Source: a virus (lineage: Duplodnaviria; Caudoviricetes). From it: a DNA stretch of 56,903 nt. The number at the start of each line of letters is the position of its first letter. Position 1 is the stretch's first letter. The position numbers and the translations under genes were made by a program. Of this stretch, positions 49,503 through 56,903 are shown in pieces. The stretch covers positions 1-56,903 of the IMG/VR virus record IMGVR_UViG_3300022540_000584; one strand, written 5' to 3'. The notes under the pieces are model-generated. The model searched no databases, was not told the DNA's origin, and saw only the letters and a list, made by a program, of their open reading frames with translations.

Positions 49503-50010
49503 TCTGTTTCTCCCTCCAGTGCGTAGTGCAGTACACTGGATAGTGGTATTTACATTTTTCGTCTGGGGCAGTGCCACAGGCAGAGAAAGTCCACCAGTGG
49601 TCAACCAATTTACCATGCATGCCCCGCAGCCGTGGTGGCAGATGTGTCTTGCCGCAGGTATGCGGAGCGTGCGGTACATACTCTTGACAATATTGGCAAC
49701 TCATTTTTCTCTCCTTATTACTAGCGGGGCGCTGCCGCTGAGGCGGGCCTGGGTACTCTTTAAGTCGCGGTATTGGCGCTCTATGTCAAATCTTTTCTCT
49801 ACACTCATTATATCACCTCCAGATTTCTATCCCCGAAGTCTATATAGAAAACTGCTTCGGTTTCAGTGCATAATGTCCGCTCTGCCTCGTAGCCGTCCAA
49901 TGACGTAAATGGCTCTAGGCTGACCACAGCGGTCGTGCAATTGTCCAAGCTACATCCCCGCCGGTGCACCTTGCTGCAGTGCGGGCATGTCAGTTCATGA
50001 TAATGGTAAG

Positions 50011-50283
50011 TCATCCTATTTCCTCCTTATGCTGTTGCGCTCCTGCCTCAGCGCCGGGGTTGGATCGGGATGTGATCTGTGTGATGAAATGAGCAATATC
50101 ATTTAGACAGCTAATGTTGTAGATTGCCCGTGCAACTGGAAAGTAGCAGTACTGTCTCCAGCGTGAATACCATCGGACCTGCCCCAACTCATCACCACTA
50201 TTATTATTGTAACAACTCCACACAGATGTTTTGTGCTGTGTAGATATCTTGACAAAATGAATGTACTTGTATCTTGTTTTCAT
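50011..50283 (-). CDS. Conserved phage hypothetical protein
   Basis: KT.VW...LGQVRWY..WRQYCYFP...CL.DI. Confidence 0.7.
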   Translation of the reverse strand: MKTRYKYIHFVKISTQHKTSVWSCYNNNSGDELGQVRWYSRWRQYCYFPVARAIYNISCLNDIAHFITQITSRSNPGAEAGAQQHKEEIG

Positions 50284-50683
50284 TTGCTATCCATGACTGC
50301 ATCTACAGCATTCCAAAACCGGTTATGCGGCCATTCCGGATCATGTTCATCTATGAGGTCATCGCGCATCGCCCGCGCCTTCTCCCACGCCGCCATGTGC
50401 CAGAAGCAGCAGTGTATCATTGCGGCCTTGTGGACAGGGTCGGATTGCATCTGGATGTCCTTGATGATCATCTTTTTCTCCTTTTTTTGCTAGTTCGGTC
50501 ACCGTCTCTCGGTCGCCGTCACGTCGGCGCAATTGCCGGATGAACTTATACGTTACTGCTGGCTTAACCGCTATTGCTCTCCCTCCAACCTCCCCGGTGG
50601 CGCTTGCGTATCTGCCACCGGCAGACGGGCTCCCGTCGGGGCGGCTGCCGCGCGTCGATAGCGCGGTGGCGAGGGGCGGGCTA

Positions 50684-51127
50684 CTATGGGAACACCCGCG
50701 CAAACGCTTCCTCGGCCGTCGTGTCATAGACGCTGGTGCTCCAGGTTGCCCGGTGCACCCGGCCGCAAAACGCCTCGCTGTTCGCTATCCCCACCGGCGT
50801 CATGTCGGCGAGATAAGGGTTGAGCTCGCCGCCCAGCACTTCGGGCACCGGGACGTTATAGCGCCTGGCGCAGGCTTCTGCCGCTGCTATCATTACGGCA
50901 CGGGAGATGCGGCGATGCGTGCCGATGTATTCGTTGAGATACTCGCCGCCTTTGAGGTGTGCAGTTTTATTGGCTACTTCCGTTTCCGTTGGGCCGTCTG
51001 TCCAGATGATGTCAACGGATGAGCCCATGCTGAAGCGTTTCACCCGCACCGAGAACTTGGCATTTGGGTACTCTGCTTTGAGAACTTTGCGGACTTCTTT
51101 TGCTGATACCGTTGCGTCTTTATACAT
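50684..51127 (-). CDS. LPD29-like domain protein
   Basis: AKEVRKVLKAEYPNAKFSVR...SVDIIWTDGPT. Confidence 0.75.
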   Translation of the reverse strand: MYKDATVSAKEVRKVLKAEYPNAKFSVRVKRFSMGSSVDIIWTDGPTETEVANKTAHLKGGEYLNEYIGTHRRISRAVMIAAAEACARRYNVPVPEVLGGELNPYLADMTPVGIANSEAFCGRVHRATWSTSVYDTTAEEAFARVFP

Positions 51128-51550
51128 TACTCTCCTCCGTTCCTGCGCCAGCGCGAGCGCGCGGGGCTGCGCTGACCATGGCATCAAATTAGTCTATTAT
51201 CTACGAGGAAGCCATTGCGCCGTAGTAAATCAGCATCTCCCTTCACGCCAATGGCATATTGCCCATCCTGCTGATGAAATATGTAGTAGCCTGTTGGCTT
51301 CCTAGCCACGTTAGTATCTACCTCAACCATCACGGCCAGGTCTCTATCTAAAGCGCCAAGTGCTACTCGCTCACTGAGTATTAAAGTATTCACTGTTCTC
51401 TCCTTTTCAATTGGCTTGAATTTACCCTCAGTCCCTCCTGGCCGCCTCGGAGTATTACAGCGATCCTCCGACTACTCTCCGACTTTCGCCGTTTTTGATG
51501 TCGCTGTCGAGATAGCGGCCAGCAGGGGCCGAAGCCCGCTGCCTGCGCGT

Positions 51551-51706
51551 TTATGCGCTGTATTCGCAGCCAATTTCCTCCCATTCGGCGATGAGCTCAT
51601 TTAGGCCCATCACGTCACCGTCACCGTCGTTGAGCCAATCTTCGCAATCCTGAATGTTCCCGCTAGTGCGTGCTACAATTTCCTGTGCCTTTTCTTGATT
51701 TGTCAT
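51551..51706 (-). CDS. Small acidic protein (51 aa)
   Basis: AAAAGGAG RBS; MTNQEKAQEIVARTSGNIQDCEDWLNDGDGDVMGLNELIAEWEEIGCEYSA. Confidence 0.6.
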   Translation of the reverse strand: MTNQEKAQEIVARTSGNIQDCEDWLNDGDGDVMGLNELIAEWEEIGCEYSA

Positions 51707-51720
51707 TTTATTCTCCTTTT

Positions 51721-51767
51721 GGGTTTCTCATCTTGGTTATCAAAGCAGGACTTCTGCCCGCTGACCC
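51721..51767 (-). ncRNA. Hammerhead-ribozyme-like element, copy 1
   Basis: GGGUC-AGCGGG/CCUGCU stem-UUGAUAA-N9-GAAACCC. Confidence 0.5.
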
Positions 51768-51801
51768 TGCGCGTTTTCGCCAGACGCGCTAACTGGTGGG
51801 C

Positions 51802-52173
51802 CTAGCAGTCACTCATCCTGTCATAGCAATTCACGCAGGAACTGCCATGTGAAGCGTTCATAACCTCGACTGCGTTGAAAACGGTATGCCCGCAGTCCAG
51901 TTTCCGCCCGCTGGGATAGTCAGGTTGTCGTGTCTTGCGCGGCTTCCTGGCATCAGCATCGCGGATTTTAGCGTACCAATACTGTCCGTCATATTTGATT
52001 TCCTTGCCTGCTGCCAGTGCGTCGAATATGCCCTGCGCCGTCCTGGGTTCGCGTTTCTGTATAGGTGCGAGCCACTGTTCCACTTCTACGGCGAGTCCAA
52101 TGAATCTGTCTATCCTGACCTGTTTAGTCTCGTCAGCCCAACTACCATTGCTCAACTGTCGTTGGAATTTCAT
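51802..52173 (-). CDS. First early gene, C-terminal Cys/His motif
   Basis: AAAAGGAGAG RBS; LDCGH...SCVNCYD. Confidence 0.75.
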   Translation of the reverse strand: MKFQRQLSNGSWADETKQVRIDRFIGLAVEVEQWLAPIQKREPRTAQGIFDALAAGKEIKYDGQYWYAKIRDADARKPRKTRQPDYPSGRKLDCGHTVFNAVEVMNASHGSSCVNCYDRMSDC

Positions 52174-52190
52174 TTCTCTTCTCTCCTTTT

Positions 52191-52237
52191 GGGTTTCTCG
52201 TCCTGGTTATCAAAGCGGGACTCTTACCCGCCGACCC
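52191..52237 (-). ncRNA. Hammerhead-ribozyme-like element, copy 2
   Basis: GGGUC-GGCGGG/CCCGCU stem-UUGAUAA-N9-GAAACCC. Confidence 0.5.
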
Positions 52238-52430
52238 TGCCCGTCCGCCTCCGCCGGCGCTTGGGCTATTTTCCGATCCTCTGAGCCTTTAACCTCGGTT
52301 AGTCTCTTCCGCTCCGCTTGCGGTACTATTCGCTGTGTGCTGTTCTTTGTCTACCGCTGCGCTTTCGGCTAGTTCCCTAGTCTTTGGCTCTTTGGTCTTC
52401 TTGCTTTTTAATGTTCCTTAATCTGCTATT

Positions 52431-52459
52431 ATTATACCATACCGCGCGAGTAAAGTCAA
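52431..52459 (-). promoter_or_regulatory. Strong early sigma70 promoter
   Basis: TTGACT-N17-TATAAT with extended TG. Confidence 0.85.
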
Positions 52460-52463
52460 TAGG

Positions 52464-52600
52464 TTAAGTTAGAATTGGGTTTTGTTTTTGTGAAGGTTTT
52501 GCAACACAAATGTTCTTTTTTACATTTCGATAGTCGATCATCTTTGTATGCTTCTTTGAATTACATCGCTTACATAATGGTTGGCAGTTTTTGATGAGAA
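52464..52600 (-). pseudogene. HNH endonuclease C-terminal remnant
   Basis: IKNCQPLCKRCNSKKHTKMIDYR with no intact N-terminus. Confidence 0.6.
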
Positions 52601-53149
52601 TCACGTTTCCCTCGATGCGCTGAGGACTTCCTCTAAATCTGCGATTTTGATAAGTGTTTCTTCTGCCCAATAAACCATCCCCGATCTTCCCCAGTTTGGA
52701 CTATGATGATTTATGCACTCTTTTAAGCGAGCAAGATTCCCGCCATATAACCCCGTGGGGCCAGCCTTGTCGGGCGGCGTATCCTTTGCCCTTCCTTCCC
52801 GCTGTAGGAATAATAGCCAGATGGGCCAGGGTGATAATTCTTGGACTCGTAGATAATCCTCATAGTGTCTGAGATCGATGCCCGTTACCCAGCGGCTCGA
52901 TATTCTATGCCAACTGAACGCGCTTTTGTGCTTTGCCTCAATCCACCATACCTTGTCACTTTTACAGCCAAAGGCAAGCAAGTCGGGTGCAATGAGATTG
53001 CTTTGCACAGTGAATATTTGCGGCCCCTTCCCCTCACTAATTTCCTTCTCATAGACTGGCAGGACAGAGTGGCCTTTTCGTTTCAGCCAGTTCGCTATTA
53101 GACTTTCTCCCGCCTTGCCAAAGGCGAGTTGGCGCTCAAAGGTATTCAT
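52601..53149 (-). CDS. PD-(D/E)XK nuclease-like protein
   Basis: GKAGE, APDLL, WIEAKHK; coupled to methyltransferase. Confidence 0.75.
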   Translation of the reverse strand: MNTFERQLAFGKAGESLIANWLKRKGHSVLPVYEKEISEGKGPQIFTVQSNLIAPDLLAFGCKSDKVWWIEAKHKSAFSWHRISSRWVTGIDLRHYEDYLRVQELSPWPIWLLFLQREGRAKDTPPDKAGPTGLYGGNLARLKECINHHSPNWGRSGMVYWAEETLIKIADLEEVLSASRET

Positions 53150-54059
53150 CTACTCGCTCCATTATTGGCCCCAACTCCTTAAAGATATTTATGAAGCCGA
53201 TCCTATTGCTACCCAGGTAGACGATGACGGAGGGGAATGGTGCGGAGTGTGGCGAGTTCTGGAATTGCAACCGCCCGCGCACCATGCATATCGGGTGCGC
53301 ATAGAGCGGCTGGAACCAGCGCGTATCCGTGCGTCCTGGCAGCAAGGCGATAGCTTCTCTTAGTTCGCCGCTTTCGTATTTGGAGACTAAGGCATCAATC
53401 CATTGTGGTATCTCTGAGCCATAAGGCGGATTCATATATACTGCGCCGTGCCATATTTGCGTTAATCCATCATCTTGCTTGGTATACAAGAAGGTGGCTG
53501 GAACCGCCGGGTTCGTCTTGCTGTTAGAGCAAGGATCGGTGTCAATTGTGCCGTTGAATAATTCCAGCGTCAAATCTATGATGCGCTGAGGGGTATACCA
53601 TTCGGGACTTTCACTGCTACCCATCACAGTCATGGTACCCAATCTTTTTGCTATTCGTAGTAAGCCAGCACTAGTCAGTTCTTTTCCCTCTGTCTTTGTT
53701 TTAGTTACATATTGTTCAAATCTTTCCGGGGGCACCTTGATTTCCAATCCCCAATGATGAGATTGATCTTTGGTGAGGCCAATATCTTTCAACGTCAACA
53801 TCGCATCATGCGATCTTGATCCACCGTGTGAAGCCAGCTCGCCCCTTTCGCGCATCTCTTGTAGTATCTTGCCCGCCCGCCGCTCAGCACGCAACTTCAC
53901 CTCGGCAGCATCGTTCTGCATCTCTAGGCCGTACTCTGCCAGACGAAAGCATTGCCGCATTGCCTCTGCCTGATTGCGGATGTTTTTGACTTCGGCTATC
54001 GTCTTTGCCTCTGCCAGTGCGGTTTCAATAGCGTTCAGTTGAACTAATGCGTTTGACAT
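53136..54059 (-). CDS. Phage DNA N6-adenine methyltransferase
   Basis: EWYTP, DTDPC, DDGL, MNPPY, RTDTRWF, APFPS. Confidence 0.92.
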   Translation of the reverse strand: MSNALVQLNAIETALAEAKTIAEVKNIRNQAEAMRQCFRLAEYGLEMQNDAAEVKLRAERRAGKILQEMRERGELASHGGSRSHDAMLTLKDIGLTKDQSHHWGLEIKVPPERFEQYVTKTKTEGKELTSAGLLRIAKRLGTMTVMGSSESPEWYTPQRIIDLTLELFNGTIDTDPCSNSKTNPAVPATFLYTKQDDGLTQIWHGAVYMNPPYGSEIPQWIDALVSKYESGELREAIALLPGRTDTRWFQPLYAHPICMVRGRLQFQNSPHSAPFPSVIVYLGSNRIGFINIFKELGPIMERVDEYL

Positions 54060-54191
54060 TTTACCTCCATAAAAGGCGACTCCCGCAATCCGGGCGCTTG
54101 TCTGTGTCAAGAGGCAAACGGCTTTAGACTGCGGGAGTCATGTTGGCACAAAAAAAGCCACCACTGCCGTTGTGTGCCTCTTGACGATTTT

Positions 54192-54255
54192 AGTATATAC
54201 CCGTTTAGGTAATTTGTCAAGCAGACTTGACAAAGCCTATCAAATTTGGTACAAT
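54192..54255. promoter_or_regulatory. Back-to-back divergent promoters separating the two genome arms
   Basis: Minus TTGACA-N17-TATACT (54220-54192); plus TTGACA-N17-TACAAT (54227-54255). Confidence 0.85.
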
Positions 54256-54535
54256 GGTACTATGAGCCTGACTGCGAGTACGCTCAGGCAGGTATGAAGC
54301 GCACGGCTGCCGGCGGTCGCAAAGCGGCCCCGGCGGGAAACTTAAATTAGGTCGGCATTATGGCGAACTGGCGCGCAGACGACAGCACAAATATTCGCCC
54401 GGCCTGGGCAGAAACGTTGATTGCGTGGTGTGATGTGCGCGGTCACGACACTACAGATGCAAGTCGCGTGTGCCTGAGCAACGCGCCTGAGTGGCACTTG
54501 ATACGCAGGCCAGCGACATGGGCAGTTATTCCTAA

Positions 54536-54595
54536 AGCAGAGGCCACGAGTCGAATCAGTCAAACAGCAGAGGTCACGAGTCGAATTAGTCAAAC
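54536..54595 (+). repeat. 30-bp tandem duplication
   Basis: AGCAGAGGYCACGAGTCGAATYAGTCAAAC x2, two mismatches. Confidence 0.9.
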
Positions 54596-54613
54596 TTAAA
54601 ATTGGAGGTTGTG

Positions 54614-54748
54614 ATGAAACAGGAAACAGAAGAGGCGCGCGAGATAGAGAGACAGGGGGCGCTGGATCTGCTCGAACTGAAGTGGCTCAGGGCCGAGTAC
54701 GCATTGACAGCAGCATTGGCGCGGATTGACGAACTGACGAAGAAATAA
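54614..54748 (+). CDS. 44-aa coiled-coil protein
   Basis: GGAGG RBS. Confidence 0.55.
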   Translation: MKQETEEAREIERQGALDLLELKWLRAEYALTAALARIDELTKK

Positions 54749-54785
54749 GTAATACAGCAAGCTTAAAACTCAACAGGAGGCTCAA

Positions 54786-55061
54786 ATGTCTGTGAATGCA
54801 GGATTACTGGCAACGGCGGCGTTCTTGGCGACCGTCACGAACCGGCTGGTCGAGGGGCTCGTCAAGCCGGTTTTCGTTAAATACAAGTGGGACACCTTCT
54901 GGCTCATGTACGTCGCCTGGGCCGTCGGCGCGGGGCTGGTGTTCGCCGCGGGCATCAACCTGTTTCCCGGCGTCTTCGTCCATCCCGCCATCGGCCTGGT
55001 GCTGACGGCGCTGGTGGCGGGTGGTGGAGCAAATTTACTTAACGATATTTTTCAACGCTAA
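54786..55061 (+). CDS. Holin-like membrane protein
   Basis: AGGAGG RBS, three hydrophobic segments, LTALVAGGGANLLND. Confidence 0.7.
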   Translation: MSVNAGLLATAAFLATVTNRLVEGLVKPVFVKYKWDTFWLMYVAWAVGAGLVFAAGINLFPGVFVHPAIGLVLTALVAGGGANLLNDIFQR

Positions 55062-55970
55062 TTGCTTGGGAACGCTAAAGAAGCGCCCGCGTTTTCTCTC
55101 TAAGCAGAGCGGTGTTTTAGCGTACATAAATTGCGCCACAGCCATCACCTTACTCAGTGCATGTATTCTGAGGCGATAGGTTTTATGACCTTTTGCAAGG
55201 ATTGTCTCTATACCTGTTAAGCGGAAGAGTCTGACAGACGCATCTTCTAAAAGAGATATGTTTTTTGAGACGAGGTTGAATTGAGGGCGATGTCGTTTAT
55301 TGTTCTTGAACCAAACGCTACCATCCGCATCGAACCAACCACATAGGAATGAATTGAAAAATTCGTCTGGTATTGCGGGTAGGCATCTCATACTATTCTT
55401 GATTGGGAGCATGCCGATGGAAGTGAGGAAATTGTGGAAAGTCTTGGAACCTAAAATGATACGGTGGCAACTTTCAACTCTAATAATAGTCCGTCCTTGC
55501 CACAATTTTGATAAATGATCTAAATGAGATTTGTCGGAACTGATTAGGCTAACTGAAACTTGATATTGATTAGGATGTTTTTGATCTTTGGGATTGGACA
55601 TAGCACCATCGCCAAGTATTAATCCAACAGTATAGGCCAATAGATGATTCCATTCATTGAAAACAAACTTTGTTTTTTCAACACGCTTCCCGCCCTTGAT
55701 TGGGAAATTGAGTCGATTTGCCTTTCGCTGAATGGCAGAACTATCGCATCCAACCTGGGTTGCAATTTCAGCACAGGTCATACCAGATTTCAGCAACGAT
55801 AATACCTTTTCATCACTGATGACACGGCGGAATATAGCCTGTTCGTTTTGGGTGCGAATCTTTAGACCATAACTTAACAACATGGCTTTTGCAGCCCGCC
55901 AGGAGATACCTAGCCGATTAGCAATGGAGTTTACGCTTTCACCAGAAGAATAGTCATCAATTAAGCTCAT
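55035..55970 (-). CDS. LAGLIDADG homing endonuclease (two motifs) with N-terminal HTHs
   Basis: LAYTVGLILGDG and FLCGWFDADGSV, LERK; AT-rich. Confidence 0.92.
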   Translation of the reverse strand: MSLIDDYSSGESVNSIANRLGISWRAAKAMLLSYGLKIRTQNEQAIFRRVISDEKVLSLLKSGMTCAEIATQVGCDSSAIQRKANRLNFPIKGGKRVEKTKFVFNEWNHLLAYTVGLILGDGAMSNPKDQKHPNQYQVSVSLISSDKSHLDHLSKLWQGRTIIRVESCHRIILGSKTFHNFLTSIGMLPIKNSMRCLPAIPDEFFNSFLCGWFDADGSVWFKNNKRHRPQFNLVSKNISLLEDASVRLFRLTGIETILAKGHKTYRLRIHALSKVMAVAQFMYAKTPLCLERKRGRFFSVPKQLALKNIVK

Positions 55971-55976
55971 AGGGAC

Positions 55977-56005
55977 ATTATATCATAGAAGTTAACCTTT
56001 AGCAA
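55977..56005 (-). promoter_or_regulatory. Promoter giving a leaderless LAGLIDADG mRNA
   Basis: TTGCTA-N17-TATAAT, ATG 6 nt after the -10. Confidence 0.75.
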
Positions 56006-56275
56006 GATGTCTTTTCCTACAAGGGAAGTGAGGTTTGTTTCACATAATGGAGCCACTTGTCAAGTTCGGCACCGTTGAATCAGGCGCTGTTGCATCTCTA
56101 TTTGACAGCGGATCTGTCTCTGCGATAGAGTTCCATGTTCATTCAACTCAAAGTAGGTTAGAAATTGCGGACGGCAGTCTTCGCTTTGGACTGTCTAGGC
56201 CACTGCCTTGTCGTTGGTGGCGCTTTTGGCAATGGGCACTTTTAGGCTGGCGCTGGGTCGACTTACGAGAAGTGG

Positions 56276-56530
56276 ATGAATAAAATAAGCGCGGGACTTG
56301 CCATGATGACAGTGAGGGCCATCAGCTCACGACGAGTCACTTCTAGTTGTTCTTATTGTGGCATGGACACGGCAGGGCGACATCAGCCGTGGTGTCCTAA
56401 CGCCAGTCGCCCTTGGAGTCTCGTCAATGTGGGAGGGACGAATCCCCCGCCCCGTGAGCGGATGGGTTGGATTTGCCCGCGCTGCGGTAAGTCGCTCGCG
56501 CCGTGGGTGAGGGAGTGCGGTTGTGAGTGA
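56276..56530 (+). CDS. Small zinc-finger protein
   Basis: CSYCG..HQPWC; GWICPRCG..APWV..CGC. Confidence 0.65.
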   Translation: MNKISAGLAMMTVRAISSRRVTSSCSYCGMDTAGRHQPWCPNASRPWSLVNVGGTNPPPRERMGWICPRCGKSLAPWVRECGCE

Positions 56531-56578
56531 CGGCCCGTGAACGGCGGCCTGGGAGTAAACCATGAGGAGTGAGACGAG

Positions 56579-56903
56579 ATGAAGGTTCTACGCAAGTACT
56601 GGCCGGCCGCGCTCCTGGCGGCAGCCGTCGTCATTGCGCTCGCAGCCACGCCATGGGCCGCCACGATTATTCTCTGGCCGCAACAGCCCACCCCGACCTC
56701 CGACTCGCCCCTTGCCACCCCCACCGCCGACTCGCCGCTGCCCACGCCCACCCGGAACCCGACAGACCTGCCTACGCAGACAGGTACACCATCGCCCACG
56801 CCGTCGCCCGCGCCCACGCAAACGGGCACGCCGACCGCGACCAGTTCGCCCGCGCCGACCGTCACGCCCGCCCCTGAGGCCCCATGGTGGCGGGCCTGCC
56901 CGC
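56579..56903 (+). CDS. Secreted/membrane-anchored Pro/Thr-rich protein (runs off window end)
   Basis: GAGGAG RBS; MKVLRKYWPAALLAAAVVIALAATPWAATIILWPQQPTPTSDSPLATPT... Confidence 0.75.
   Translation, partial: MKVLRKYWPAALLAAAVVIALAATPWAATIILWPQQPTPTSDSPLATPTADSPLPTPTRNPTDLPTQTGTPSPTPSPAPTQTGTPTATSSPAPTVTPAPEAPWWRACP

Larger units (their letters stand above)
1..56903. mobile_element. Near-complete tailed bacteriophage genome (siphovirus-like, circularly permuted)
   Basis: Full packaging, head, tail, lysis and replication modules in two opposed arms; a Pro/Thr-rich ORF appears to run off the right end and continue at base 1; no host housekeeping genes. Confidence 0.95.

Noticed and set aside
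54536-54595. Possible mini-CRISPR array
   Set aside because: Two abutting copies with no spacer
54256-54605. tRNA or tmRNA
   Set aside because: No T-loop GTTCGA, acceptor stem with CCA, or tag-peptide signature

Overview
The window is an essentially complete, circularly permuted ~57 kb tailed-phage genome with siphovirus-type architecture. The host is probably a Chloroflexota (Anaerolineae-like) bacterium; this is inferred from C-terminal 'FLPxVR' motifs on secreted proteins. The plus-strand late arm (about 54.25 kb, wrapping to 30.3 kb) carries a holin, a fibre/glycosyltransferase/methyltransferase module, terminase, portal, MuF-like protein, protease, HK97 capsid, connectors, tail tube, chaperones, tape measure, tail tip, a lyase-like protein and an amidase. 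The minus-strand early arm (54.2 to 30.3 kb) carries an adenine methyltransferase, many small ORFs, primase, initiator, DnaB helicase, VRR-NUC and DUF5131. Three homing endonucleases sit antisense to their operons. No integrase, tRNA, CRISPR array or reverse transcriptase was recognised. The most unusual signals are: two hammerhead-like RNA repeats in early leaders, two leaders with the same interleaved-stem switch topology, a helically phased GTTAGA array, a membrane-anchored head-fibre protein next to a caspase/CHAT-like protease, a likely portal-MuF +1 frameshift, and a repeat-scaffold fibre/glycosylation module. All family assignments come from motif recognition by eye, not database searches.
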